Translations under genes and position numbers: made by a program
Notes under the pieces: generated by a model
Seen by the model: the letters and a program-made list of their open reading frames with translations, nothing else
The model's database searches: none
What the model was told of the DNA's origin: nothing
Assembly (NCBI GenBank): GCA_946965045.2
Contig: OX337228.1
Coordinates: 6,324,001 to 6,388,000 of the forward strand
Source: Epithemia pelagica
Taxonomy: Eukaryota > Protista > Bacillariophyta
DNA: 64,000 nt
Direction of reading: 5' to 3'
Shown here: piece by piece, positions 41,291-55,452 of the stretch
Position numbering within the stretch: the first letter of the stretch is position 1
How the letters are laid out: every line of letters begins with the position of its first letter

Positions 41291-44200
41291 CTACCCGCCA
41301 AAACGCAGTCCTCGCTGTGATACTTCCTCTTCTCTGCGAATGTCAGGGCGAAGTCTATTCCGCATTCCAATCAACGCATACGAAAGGGCTTCAGCAGCGC
41401 CACTAGCCGGAGCTGTTATCGCCACTGGAATGCCCCGAACAACGCTAGACACCAAACCAGTGGTGCCGTTTCGTTGGTACTCGCGGTAAGGAATGACAAT
41501 GATCTTCGTATTTGCTGCTTGGAAGCCTCGTGAAAGGCTTTCGACAATATGCGTTGCGGTATCCTGCACTCCTGCAGGTATTTCTGGTGGTCTGGAAGGC
41601 AACAAATGTTGACCGCCACCTGCAGACGCGACTGCTTCGGCAACCTCGGAAGAGAGCGTGAATGCTTCATATGCAACTGCTCGGCCAAAAGACGCAGCAC
41701 CAGCACGGAAAGCCTTCTCAACATCACCCCTTTCTTTCATTGCCTCCCACGGAAGAAGCACCATATCAGAGAAGCCTTCTCCCAGGGTTGCGAGTGGCTC
41801 AAATGGTTTTGCATTGGTAAGAAATTTCATCAGTTGTGTCGAACTGACGTACTGAATCCACTTTGGTACAAGAATTGACAACACACCACCAAAGCCAACG
41901 GCGTCAACAATCTCAACCTGCTGCAAAGTGAGTACAAGACCTTCTAGCGGACTGAGATTCAAAAGCTCCACGATTTGGCCGTTATACAAAGCACCCTGGT
42001 CAAGCTTTTCGGGTTTGTAGTTGACTTTCAGCTGTAACGGTTTGGAGATGAACTTTCGAAAAATAGGAGGTGGAACTGAGTGTAAACCAGATGGTAGACT
42101 GGCATTCTCAGCCTTTTCTTTCGGAGTGTCCGATGCAAAGAACGCACAAAGGAAGCGGATTGCTCGCTGGTCGAGAAAACAACGTAGTGGCAAGAATTTT
42201 ATCGCAGCTTCACATTGGTCGTTCAGAAGTTCGCCTTCAGGGCTTACCCGGGTATCTGCACACCAAGTAACCATCTAGATTCCGCATGAAAACAAAAATG
42301 AGTACATGGCAGAGGGACCAGGACAATTCTCCTGTCAGATCTTACCTTCATCGCAAATAGACCGTCAGCACTGTTTCGGGGGTGTAGTGTGTCGTTGAAC
42401 CATTCCCCTACCATTTTGATCGGCTTGTTGCCACTCACGGTTTCGGCGAGGAAAAAATCTTTTGCCTTAAGGTCTAAGCAAGAGACAAGTCGGTGTGCAT
42501 CTGAAGATTCGAACGAATCTGTTCTCAATTGAACTCCTGATACTGAGAACTGAACATATTTGTCAGTTCGACGCGATAAACGACGAAGTTCTGCCTGCTC
42601 CTTCAAGCTAGATCCCTGTTCTTCGGGTAAAGGAAGGTCTGAAAAAGTGGCAGCAGGCTTTTGGCCAGCAAGTAGACCGGCCATCAGATTAGCTTTTCGC
42701 TCGGCCGATTTTGTTTGTCGATCCGATGTGGATACAGGTTGCTTCTCCCGTTCACTTTTTGCCTGTTCCTCTTTCAGATGATCGAGATCAATTAGAAAAC
42801 TCCCTTTTCGGGGTGCATCACGTAGTGTCTCGGGTAGACTTTCAGGATAATCGTAACCATCAAAAAGCCGAATTTTCAGCGATAGATCCGACACTGTGAC
42901 TCTGTTTTGGACAGCGGGAGGCGTTGATCCACCAGCATACTTTCCAGCATCCATGTCACCATCTGCTAGCGGGTCAGACGTTGGTTGAAGAGGAAAATGA
43001 TGGTGAATGAGTCGAAAAGCATTCGCCGGTTGTTTGGTGGGCGAATCTATAACATCGCTACCAGTCCGGAAAATTCTTGCTTCTGGTGGGCCAGTTCCAC
43101 GCCCATCGTTGGTGTTTTCTGTGCCGTACCACCTAGCTGCTTGTTCGTCACCTGGCGGGATACCAGAATGAACGCTTTCATCTTGGTGAATTGTTGTCCA
43201 GTCGTATCCATCCAACAAAAAGCTTGCTTCAGATTCCTGAGACGACACAGTTTCTACACATGGTATTCTAGAAGGTTTGTTTCCAGAATCGTCATTTGTA
43301 GTTGAAAATGCACCGCGAGACGAAGGGTCTGCTTGATCATGAGGCAACGGATCGTAGTACGTTTCTTCTGATTCATTTCCTTTCATTAGCCCTTCAAGCG
43401 TGCTGTCGTCTATAGCACAGGCTTCCGCGGATAGTTCACCAATTGAGTCCAAGAGAACAGCAAAAGAGTCCTTGCAAGCTAACAAATTCACCTCTCCGAC
43501 AGTCAGCGCCATATGAAATCGGGGAAGAGAGGTTTTCCTCCGAGAAGAGGAATTGACCGTAAAAATCCCATCCAAACAGTCCAGCATTAGAATCCTTCGA
43601 AAGTTCATCTGTCTTTGTATCTCTTCAGCTGAAAGACTGACTGTGAGTGGTATGTCCTCCATCTGTTCCTCCGCATCGATGAGCTTGGAATTCTCAAAAG
43701 AGTATGGGTACCTTGTGTTGCATAAACACGTAGAAAAATCTCCCACAGAAAGCTTCGCAGCTTGTAAGGAGGGAGACGGTGTTATTAAATTGCATGAAAG
43801 ACGAATCTCTCCGAATCGAAGAAATGCCCTTGCTGGAGTAGGCCATCTACGAGGTGTCGTGTAGTCGACGTTGACGTCGGCCAAACATATGAAAACCTTT
43901 GTCATTGATGCACGCTTGGAGTCCAGAACCTTCTCCTCTTCCGCTCCCTCGCTGGTAATGGTGCCAATAACACGTTCACGGAGTATAGTTAACATATTCA
44001 AGAACCCTTGGAGCGACTTTGAATCATAATCGAACCGGTATGTAAGATCATATATGGTCATGTAAACACTGCTCGGAGAGACAGCATCGGAAACTCCCGA
44101 CATTCCCACAAGATCCAGAAGAAACGCTGGACTTTCGTGTGAAATGGGAGTAAAGATGTACGACCTGTGCAAGAGCGGGATGATTTTTGTTTTCGATGTA

Positions 44201-47200
44201 ATCGACAAACGTCGTCGGACACTATCAGCTCGGTCCTCCGAAGTCAATCGATTATAAAAGGTGGGTTCCAACCTGTCCAAGAGACCTTGAACGTCATGAA
44301 ATCCCACATCGTGTAGGAGCGTCCGGACATGCTGAGGGAGGCCCCCTTGAAGTAGGACATTGGCTCGCACACCGCCAAGCTTCAACAAGTACGAATGTGT
44401 AAGAGAGTATTCGGGTGTGTTGTTTGACTCGTATGGTTTTTCATGCAGCGCGATAGAAACTTTTTCAAAAGCAACGGATATAGACATCGTCGAATGCGAT
44501 GAGGACACGTCATCCTTGTTGTCGTTTGGTCTTTTTCCAGCAGATGGTAGAGATTGGAGAATTTCCACAAGCGTTCCTATTTCATCGACCGACAAGTCTA
44601 CTGTCACGTGCGGAATGCTCAGCTCCAAAGACATTTGTGCCAATGATACGGCTTCCATCATTTTGGGTTGGGGATCCGGGCCTCGCAGTTCACTACGTGA
44701 AGCGATTCGAAAGTCATCATCGTCGTCGTCCTCCTGTCTCGCCTTGAAGGAGGAAATAGGGGGAGCTTGCGGGACGACTTGTGCCACATTGATTCCGTTT
44801 TCTAATGGATCATGGGAGGATAGTTTCAACCTTCCGGTTGTTCTGTTCCCCGTCAAGGCAATGATATCAAACAACCGGTGACCACCAGCGGTATCGGAAT
44901 GTAAGTAAGCGTAGCCAAGAATATGTTGAAAACTCAAGGTCAAGCCATCTCCACCGGACGGATCCTCCACCGTATCGTGTGTCTGGACCCGTAGTCTCTC
45001 TATTCTCACACCCATTGCAGACTGAGAAAGGAATGAATGACGATCGACGGAGTAGACCCCTGGACGAGCAAAGAAGGAAGACCAGGCAGTTGGAGAAACG
45101 TGATCCACCGGCATGACAATATCCAAGTGAGGACAGGAGGCCGTGAGGCGCAATCGAGGCTTAGACTTTGTGTGATGTTCCGCTGTTGGTTCCATGGTTG
45201 AAACGTGCTCCTTTTGGCCCTTTACTGATCCAAGTCCTTGTGACACAAAGGAGGAAATTCTGTGCACAATCAATGGAGGAAATTTCAAGACAAAGGGCTC
45301 CACATCAATATCCACTTTGAGTTCGTCGGCCTGTGGTTCTGGACAGGATCGAATGGCACTGACCGAGATACACGGTGCATGCAAGAGAATCCCCTCATCG
45401 TCATTGTCGCCTCCATCCTGGGTATCCTCCACATTGGTTTCCAGCAGGGGGAATGCCAAGATACTGCTAATGACGGTTCGTGTTGGTTGAAAGGCATCTT
45501 GCCGTCCTTCTTCAATTTCTAAGTGAGATACGCTGAGAGTATGGCAGGACTGGGTCGACGACAGTGTGGACGACCATTGAGCCTCCGAGACGGTCGCTAA
45601 AATGTAATCCTGTTGGTAATAGGCCACTTTGGCACTTGCCGCATGCAAGTGACATTGGAGCTTGGTGTGAATCATGTCGTTTTGGTTCTGCTGGTTTTGT
45701 GCAGCGGCTTGGGATTTGGAGAGCAGGGTGGAATATCGATAAAAGCTTTGATCGTTGGCATCAAAAAAGGCATCAAAGGTAAGAACATCTCCCTCTTGTT
45801 GTGTCGATGTATCAGGAATGAGCAAGCCTCCTCGAACTTCTCGTCGTTCGGCATGTCGTCGGGCTTCATTGTATTGTTCTAGAATAATGCTTTCAATGGC
45901 TTTGTGATCCTCCGATTCGTTGGCGAATCGAACCGACGACTGGGCCAGGTTGGACGAGGAAGCGCTGACAAAAGGATCGTTCCCCTTCTCTTCCACAATC
46001 GGCGACTTGGCATGTTTCATGCGATTGGTGGGGGCGCTGTGGTTCTGCGGCAAATATTCCAGGATATTTGATAGGCATTGAAGGGATTCTGTATCGACGT
46101 AGATATTTAATTTGTGACCCAGAAACACTTGTATATCCTGTTGCAGGGAGGATGAATCTGCCACAGATGGCTGCGAATTGTTCTTCTTGTTGTTGTTGTT
46201 GGCTTGGTATTCAATCACACGCATGCCCAGTTGAGTCTGGCCTTCCAACAAGACCAGGGTCGTTGTGGTGGTGGTGGCGCCCGCGGATGAGACAAGGGCC
46301 AGGGAAATTCGGGTCAAGGTACACGTCTTGTGCATCACGGTTGCATACGAGGAAGACTGGGATGGTTGAAGGAGTTTGGATGACACTGCCGACCCGGCGT
46401 GTCCACCGACAGCTGATGCATGTTGTACATTCGCCTGCCGTTCCATGGCAGTAGACGAAGCAGGCTTGTCGGCATCGTGATAAGAGATTGATGCAACGTG
46501 CATCTCCAAGTATGGTTGATGGTTGGACGAATACATGTCACTTGTTGGATCCTCTTGAGGATGAGGATTGCTGCAATGAGTTTGGAGTCGAATCGTCAAG
46601 TTCTGAAGATCGACACTGAGCCTTAAGGCTGCCAAGGCTGCTTCGAGGTATGATGACAAGAGATTTTTGGCCGTGGAGGTAAAGGTGGACGTTGGTTCAT
46701 TGTTATGGCCGTGCTCCTCCATGGCTTGTGAGGATGGTCCCTGGGTAGGAGAGTCCTCCTCCTTCAGTGCTGCTTCACCGTCCATGGTATTGTCGTCGTC
46801 GTCGACGTCTGTGTCGTTGTCCGTGCGAGGTTCCACGTGAATCACCACTCCTTCAATGACAACCCGAGCCAGGAGGGATAGTTTGGTGGTTCCTCCTCCA
46901 TCGCCAGAACTCAACCCCACCGCTTGCCAGGCCAGACTTGTCAAGGTAGAGGTGTGTGCTGCTTCGGATTCTTGTTGTTGTTCTGGAAACGTCGTACCTG
47001 GATCCGACTCGTGTTGTTGCTGTTGTTGCAGGGAGAGGGAGATGGAAAGTCGTTGAACCGTCGCTTGTCGAATGGTCCATTCTTGTAGCAAAGGATGCTT
47101 AGACAGCAATTGCTGCGTAATGTGTTGGGTGTTGAGATGAATGTCTTTGAGGACCAAGGTACCTTGTTGCAAAGAAACTTCAATCGTTTGATGCAACTGA

Positions 47201-47280
47201 TGCAAGGAGTCGTCGTCCAACCAAGGACCGAGGACACGGCTCAACAAAAAGGCATACAAACGATCTTTCCATGGAATCAT
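41291..47280 (-). CDS. ATG2: Autophagy lipid-transfer protein ATG2; exons 42346-47280 and 41291-42274 (1973 codons)
   Basis: Chorein-N start (KDRLYAFLLSRVLGPWL...GTLVLKDIHLN), LPLRCFLDQRAIRFL, LKVNYKP, ATG_C tail PYREYQRNG...RGIPVAITAPASGAAEA...GMRNRLRPD. GT-AG intron 42275-42345. Confidence 0.93.
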
Positions 47281-48206
47281 GTCGTCACTGCAAGGGTCTT
47301 TTTGGCATGTGTGTGTGTGGCTTGGAACCCTTTGCGATTTGATTGTCTATACCTTTGACAGGTCTCACTGTTCTTCTCGTCTACCTAGTAGAGCAAGTGA
47401 GAGTCGATTTTCCAAGACACACAACTGACGACGACACGACAGAGGTTGCATCCAAACAATCGTCAATGTTCTCCACTCTAGAGCTAGTAGACAACCAAAC
47501 AAGGCAATGATTGAAACACACCACAAGTCCTGTCTCTCACACTCGAACAGAATCGGAACGAATGAATGAAAGGAAGGTTGATGGTGTGTCAAGGTGTCGA
47601 TGAATAAAAGAAAGAATTTCGGGGGAACACGAAAAAAAGTCGTGTGTCGTGTCCACGCGTTTGGGTTTGGGCGAGTGGGGGGGACGATGATTCGATTACG
47701 AGGGTCGAATTTCCGTTCACGGAAAAATCCGCGAGACTCCCGGAACCATCTGAGCGATCCATATGCGACCAATATGATCATTCTCGCTGACAGGTCGCCT
47801 GCCATGTAGTGGACCGGCGTTGTGGAACGAGAAAGTGCTGCCACTAACTCTCTCTATTATGGACTTTTGAGTACCGAGGTCTGCTTTGCTTGCTACTCAA
47901 TATATTTAATAATAGTGTGAATGCATTCTTGTTCATTAGACCATGCCCTGCAACTGTTGAACGGTTGTCGATCAACAGAGTCTTCTTCTCTCGTTCTGTT
48001 GAATGCTTTCTGGCAATCGACAAAGGCCCTCCTTGTCTTGCCGCCCCATCACACCGCATCGAGACGAACGCCCTTCCCTCGGAAAACATTGAATCCGTTT
48101 GATAGCCTCTCCATTTCAATCTTTTGTTGGTTGTGCTGAATTGATTCCGTGCGATCCAACTTTGTTTGGTGATTGGTCCGCACATACTACTTACCATAAA
48201 TAAAAT

Positions 48207-51200
48207 ATGCAAGCGTCGGTGGTTGCTGCTCAAAACGACATTTATGGAGTGGACCAAGGCCCTCCCTTGTTGCCACATGGCGATGATGTTTCGGCGACAC
48301 GGCTTCAAAGCACGTTGCGACAGCGACAAAAACGAGGAGGTAATGAGTCTTCTTCTTCTTTGTCTACTTGCTCGAAGAGCAATGCGTGGAGTCAGTCTAC
48401 CTTGGTCACAGACTTGATGCAAGGTCCATCGTTGTCCTCATCGCTACACAACCACAAGAACAACAATTCGGTACCACCAAAGGCAGACTCGACTCCCATG
48501 GGAGCCTCGGCCACCACCACCACCACCACCACCACCACCACCACGGCCTCCTCTGGCCAATTGCCACGGAAACTGCAAGAATTGCAAAAAGTGTTTCCAA
48601 CATCCGAATTGCCAGGTGGATTTCCTCCGGAATTGGCGTTTCGTGCCTTGGCCGCCTTTGGGACGATTCGGACATTGAGTTTGTGGTTGCGACTCTCCCC
48701 CTTTACCCCCAATGTCTTTTTGCGAGCCTTGTTGTTACCCTTTCCCAATCGATTGTTGGGACAGATTCATGTGGCTATCTTACGGGCACTCTTGCCCAGT
48801 TTGCACATGGGCTATCATTGGCCCAGCAATCATCCAAACCATAACCATGCATCCTCCTCCACCAATACGAAATCTCCTCCCTTGCTCGTGAGCAAAAAGC
48901 GCAAACGCGATGGCTTACGATGGCCCTTACGGGCCGGTGACAATTTGGAATATTTGGATCCCTACACATGGCCGCTGTTTTGTGATGATTATGCGCATTT
49001 GGTTGCTGATTTGCATCACGGTTTGTGGCACGATGAAAAGAATCATGTGGATTTGCGCAATCTGGACATTTCCATGGTCGCATCCGACTTGCTGAAGGGC
49101 GAAGCCCGACCTGTCAAGGGCAAGGTCTTGACCAAAATTGGAGCCCGCAGTCGAACGCCGACCGTACCCACAGCAGGCCCCGAGGTAATTTATCTGCATG
49201 ACGAACTTTCCGAGGAGGAGGACGAGGATGAACTGGAGGAGGATGCGGATGAATTCAAGCCCAAGGATGAAGATGAGGAGGAGGACTTGTCCTTGACAGA
49301 GACCGAAGACGACGATAGTTTTGTGGTTCGCAAATCACGGTCCAATCGCAAGGTGCGAGTCTTGGACCGGAAACCACGTTCTGGACGATATTCTACCACC
49401 AATAACCAACATCAAAACACAAACAAGAAACAACTGCTGGCTTCCAGTAAAAATCAACCTCCCCGCACGTCTTCATCGGCGTCATATACAACGATTCCCG
49501 TGACGGCTCGCACGGCGGGGGCTTCTGCTGGAACACCACAGAAAGTCCGTGCTCCTGTTCCGGCCGCCCTGTACATATCACCGGGCCGAAAAATCGCCAA
49601 GCCATCACCCTTTTTGCCATTCTCGTCCAATGCCACACGTAGTCCTGGTGGTGTATCCTCCACGAAACGTGAGACCAAACTGGATCCCGACTTTGGCTTT
49701 GCACCCCTAGAACCATCTAGTTCCCCGGGTGAAGAGGGTTTTACTCACGTAATCGCCTCTTCTTCTTCTACCACTGCTCGCACGGATACATCCACGGGCA
49801 ACAAGACTGCAGCTTCTTCTACTCCTGCTGCCACGGATGCATCCACGGGCAACAACGTCACAGCTTCTGCTTCTATCACTACAACTCGACCGAGTATCAA
49901 ACCTAGTACGAAGCCAGCAGGAAATCCGAGTGGGCCAAAATCCACGCACGATGCAAACTGCCAACCAAAAAAGGCCGACACTGTTTCTTCAAATCCTCCA
50001 CCTGCTTCCGCTCCAAGAAAATCGGAGTTGCCGAAAACAGAACCACGTGTGGAGTCGTCCAAAATACCATGTGCTCCAAAGGTTTCGTCCGAAAAGAGGG
50101 AACAACCAGAGGAAACTCTCGAAGGGATGGTTCAAAAGTTTATTCGTGGAAGTGTGTCCAGAATTCCGAATCAAACCAATCAGGTTGCCCCATTTTCCTC
50201 CAAGTCAAACGAGACAGTCACGCGATCCCCAGAAGTGGAAGCGCTTTCTCAGGATGCGGATGGGTACCGGCCGGGCTGTGCGCCCTTGTCCGATACAGAA
50301 CACGATACGATATGGCCCCATTTCAAGGTACTCGAAGCAATGAGAGGGGGAACTCCCTATCACAGTCTTTCGGTGGAAGAGAAAATAGTACTGCTTGAAT
50401 TTCTTTTGGATGACTTGCTAGCTCTGGATACGGTTTCGGCAGAAATGAGGCGTCGCAATGACTTGAACGGATATGAGCGGCCCTATGGCCCTCTACCATT
50501 CCCAAAGGAATTAGCGGAACTTGTGAACGATGACTACTGTGCGGTCTGTCGACTAGAGGGTGATTTGTTATGTTGTGATGGATGTACATCGAGCTTTCAC
50601 CGAGACTGTATCTCTCAAGATACCATTCTTCCGGATGGTAACTGGTACTGTCCAGAGTGTACCTTGGTGGATTCGGCAAAGTTTGGGCCATTGAAGGGTG
50701 GTCGAAAGAGTCGACTGGACTGGTTTGAGTTGCAACCTGATTCGCCTCCTGGCGTATCGAATGCGGAGCAACTAGGTCCCCACTCGACTCAATATCTTGT
50801 GATACACGGGTTTGTCTTTTGTCGCCAAAGAGAGACGATGGAAAACTCCTTGGGCAATGAGTGGTGGTCTCCTCCCACCCTCCTTTCCCGGAACGACCTT
50901 CTGAATCTGTTTCAACGAATCGGTATTCGCGCTTCGTCAACATGGCCTGTGGTTCATGTTCCGTGCGATAGAGGATCGGTATGGAAGCAACTAGAAGGGC
51001 AACCCTCCCGGAAATTTCTCACGACACCCGAGGCTTACGACCCCAGTGCTTACAAAAGCTTGTATCGGAAAGCTCCCTTGGAAGGCGTGCTGCGCCGTAT
51101 CAAAGACCCTTACCTTTCGACTTACGAGCATCAATGTTTTGCGGTTCAAACGCATTCATTATCTTCCAAGATGGGGAATTGTATGGAAAGAGACGATATG

Positions 51201-54200
51201 ATTGTGCAAAGTATGAGGAAGGGTTATTTGACAGATTTTGGGATTCAAATGGTTAGAGGTTATATGACGAGCATTGAACGCAACTTGTGCAAGTCTTACC
51301 TCCTTGCACCATCATGGGGTGTATCAACAAGCGGGAAATCATGGGTTTCTCAGGTTGGCTCTTGTTCATCGATCAATGGACTTTGTCGACTTTTAGTGGT
51401 TCTGGTGGACTCCATACACTCACGAGTTTTTACAGAAGGTTGGTACCGCTGCCCAACCACCAAGCCTTCTGGCAATGAGGAGGATACGCCAACACTGCTA
51501 CTAAGTCCAGACATCACACCTCAACGGCTTGTCCAGAAGCGTGAGTGGGAGCGATGCCAATTGGGAAATGTTCATGGTTTGCTCTATAGAGAAGGAAAAC
51601 GCTTGGTGGAGTGGATTGCAGAACTTCGACCTGACCTGTCAGTCCGACAGCGAGGGAACAAGCGCAAGAATATTAAGGAAAGAGGTTCGTTGTCTCCTGC
51701 AAGGACATCAAATAGTACTTCCCCAAATAAATCAGACGAGAGCACCCTGAAACAAGCTCTTTTTCAAAAAGATCCGGCTGCAACTAGTGGAGAGAAAGAC
51801 TCCAAGGCCAACGCAACACCCGTGAAAGTATCGGACGAGAATGAAGTCTCGAAAACTGATAATGCTGCAATAGATGGCACAAGAGTTCTCAGAAGATCAA
51901 ACCGTACTTCGCTTGATGGGCTTTCGAGTTCGAACAAAACTGTTGTTGGTTCGGCAGACCTTGAAAAGCTGGTTTTAGAAGAAATGCAAGCCTCCCTCGA
52001 AGTGGCCGTAGAGGGGTTAGATGGTTCTTCTTTTGTCCCAGAGCAGAGCTGGCCTATGTAAGTTGCAATCGGGATATCTCTACTTTGCTTGTGCCCGACG
52101 CTAATGATCTTACTCTTTTTTCGCTTTTTCTGCTCAGTGCTGGTCGCCGTCCCTTTGACCCCATAGGTCGCTTGCCAGCAAAGGTAACTCGAAGATTAGC
52201 CAGAAGAGGAGGTAATATTCAGGCCCCTTTCGTAGTTTACGCACCTCATTACGAGGTTGGTCAAGTCTCCTTTTATCACGTTTGGCGGAAACGCGTTCTG
52301 GGGTGCCATGACCTCGAAGAGCTCCTAGTATTAATACGGATGTTGGCTTCTTCTATGGATTCCACAACCATCCATCGGGCGGCCGCTTTGGCGCGAAATA
52401 TAAAGAAGTTGTTGCTTCCTCGCAACTGTCGAATTGTGTCATGCCATATTGATGCAAAAGACGGCGAGGAATATTTCCTTGTAGCAGACAAGAGCTCCAG
52501 AGCAAAATGGGTTTCATTCCGTGATGTTGATCTGGAGTTGCTGATTCAAAACCGCTATGGGCAAAGGCAGAAAGCCATTGAAAAAAGTCAACAACGCACC
52601 AAGGCGAATTCATTGAATCACACGTACTTATCTCCTTCCTCTGAAGTCTCCAAGCTCAGAACGCCATTGTTCAAAAAGTTCGCGCCTCCACAATCCACAA
52701 AGCGTGATGAAGGATTAACTCCATCTACGCAAGTTGAGACTGTGTCACAAAAGAATTTGATAAAGAACCCCAAAGAGCTCCTGGCCTCGGGTAGGTCGTC
52801 GCATGGGCTTGTGTCACCAAAGCCCAAGCCCACCACTAGCTCTCCTCCAGCTATACCTCCTTCATCTTTGTTGAAGCCCAAGCCCACCAGCTCTTCTACA
52901 CCAGGGAAACTGCCATCTGCCATGTCCTTGGGATCAAAGCAGACGCCAAAATCACCCAAACAAGCGGGAAGCGTGAATTCTGCAAAGCCTAAGCACACCG
53001 GGACGGCAAAGTCGGAAGGACGAAAAACCAATGAGGGCGATCCAATCCACCAGTATAACGATATATTGCGTGAACACCACGTCGCATACCAGGAACTTCT
53101 TGCCCAAGGGAGCCATACCGGAGAGAAGCTAAGTCACATAAGAGCAGGAAGCTACCGACGATTAGAAAGACTAATGTCGCAGCTGGGGTCCTCGATGGAC
53201 AAGAAGCGTTTCATGAACATAATCATATCATGCGAAGAATCAGATGCGGTTGTACCACGTAGAAGATCAGGTGATGTGGAAAGTGATGGCAAAGGCGTTG
53301 TGTCCAGATCTCCTTCGAAGTCCAGCAAGTCAGCGGGCTTTTCTTCTATAGAAGCAAAGAGGCAACAACTGACAACTTCACTTGAATCACCCTATCCACA
53401 TGATGGTTCGAAGCAATCACAAGTTGACGTGAAGGCTTCTGCGGTAAAGGACTCGAATCAACCACAAGCTCATGATGTTAACGCTTCCTCGGTAGCATCG
53501 AGAGGGTCCAAACAGCTTAATACTTCAGATCAGCCGCGGACAGCACAAAACAGCCTACCATTGTCGTTGCGACAAGTGTCAACGTCTATGAGGTCAACTT
53601 CAAAGCAGCCACGACAACCACCTACACTTGCCCCGTTGCTGAAATCAACCGACACACGCAAGAAATCGAACGCACCTTCCCGATCACCCAGCAAGTCTTC
53701 TTCGAAAAAGGTTTCTTCCACAAGGGCGAAGGCATCTTCAGGTTCAACAGTACTTTGTCGATCCGAGTTTTCGTCTTCTGTAGAAGCCAAAGGGACTGAT
53801 CCATATGGTGCTTCAGGCCAGGAGGCTCTGAAGCCTCAAGGCACGCATCACGCGGGAAATTCCTCGTATAGTACTGCGCCTGTAGAAGACTCAGTTCCTC
53901 GTCGGCGAACTGAGCATCCGCAGAGTACCAGGAGTGTTCCCTCGCTTTCTAGCAAAAGAAGGCGCGTGGATTTGCCGAACCAAAGCCCTGATCTTGCTTC
54001 GCCACAGCCTTTGTCATCTTTTCCCGACACCCGTACCCAAAGTACGGCGACGTTGCCTGACCTAGAACAGGAACCAGTGAATGTGAAAATTTTAAACGCA
54101 GGTCAGCAAGAACCGATGATGTTTGAGCAACATCCTCCGCCGGTTGGTCTTCAGTATCCCAATTTACGTGACAATGCCGTAAATTTATCGTTCATGTCAG

Positions 54201-55276
54201 GTGACCGGCGTTCCTCTGATAATAACCAGGTTCTAGCTTCGATTCAGCCAGAACAGGCTGGCGTACAGGAGCAAGACATCTATATGAAAAATCTTGTCGA
54301 AAATGCTTTGCGCCAGCACCAGACGAAAGACGCATCTGTGACGGACTACACACGATACCATACCATGGGGTTGGCCAGCTCCCCTAATGGTTCGTCGCTC
54401 TATGACCACAACAAAACAAACACATGGGATATGGGTTTGACAGAGCCCCATTTTCCTACGGAGTCAAGTAATCTTGCATCTCAAGGCTTGACCTATCCGG
54501 AGCTGAATCCTCAGCAACAGAGAAATGTAACGGATGGTGATTTGGCGGGCCTCTCAGGGACGACAGCTCGTTCCTGGAATGAGAAAGAACAGGCGAGCCA
54601 TTTCCTCGCTCATCAACCGGCTACAAGCTCGAGTCATTACACTTCTAATGTGGAGTTGGGTCATGACCCACGATATGAGATGGATCCAGGTGTACAGCAT
54701 GGATTTTCTGACGGTACTCGTTCAATCAATGGTGATATCCAATCGACTATAGATACAGTGAAACAGCGAATTGCAACACTCAACGCGCTGGTTCAACAGA
54801 AACAGATTGGAGTGAGGAGTGATTTTGGGGACTTCTCTTCCTACCAGTCATTTCCGATTGCGTCAGCTATGCAACAGTCACAGTATTCCCAGCCGAATTA
54901 CCAACAAGCACTCACGACAGTCGCTCCCAGTGGCAATGAAGGGGTTCGTGCATTCGAACAGCTTATACATCCCAATCCTTATCAATCCATCGCCATGCAA
55001 CAAAGTGTGAACCCAAGCGAAGCGCAACTACGTTGGTCGGGTGAAGACCTCTTGCAGGCCAACAGACAGTCTATGCTCGGTTCGACAGCACAGCACAACG
55101 ACACTCGACATGTAGCACAAACTGCGCTGCGTACCAACGCTCAGCAAGCAACAGCCCCTGGTCTCTTGTTCGGTCAAGGTGGCAGCACCAATCCATCGCT
55201 ATCGGGCTTCAATCCGAATTTGGCGATGTACCATCAGGACCCGGATCACTATTCTTCGCACTTTAAGTCATACTAG
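48207..55276 (+). CDS. Large DDT-domain/PHD-finger chromatin protein; exons 48207-52057 and 52138-55276 (2330 codons)
   Basis: DDT-like FGTIRTLSLWLRLSPFTPNVFLRAL...LDPYTWP. PHD finger CAVCRLEGDLLCCDGCTSSFHRDC...WYCPEC. Intron 52058-52137 (GTAAGT...CTAAT...CAG) yields WPIAGRRPFDP. Confidence 0.82.
48511..48543. repeat. (CCA)11 coding microsatellite encoding poly-Thr
   Basis: Read directly; lies inside the DDT/PHD CDS. Confidence 0.9.
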
Positions 55277-55452
55277 CCCTTAAATTAATTAAAGGGTGGT
55301 CGAAGTACTCTTTCAAGTTACCCAATCCCCTGAAATTGCTTTGCCCTATTTCTTAGAAGTCTCCTTAAACCCAACAATGTTTTTCTATCGTTAGGAATAT
55401 ATGAAAAATCTTGTTCAAGGGCAAGTATATTTTTAACAGTGAATGTTCTGCA

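Noticed and set aside
8788-47280. ATG4, ATG2 and a DysF protein as an autophagy cluster
   Set aside because: They are 4-24 kb apart and separated by unrelated housekeeping genes; chance co-location is sufficient.
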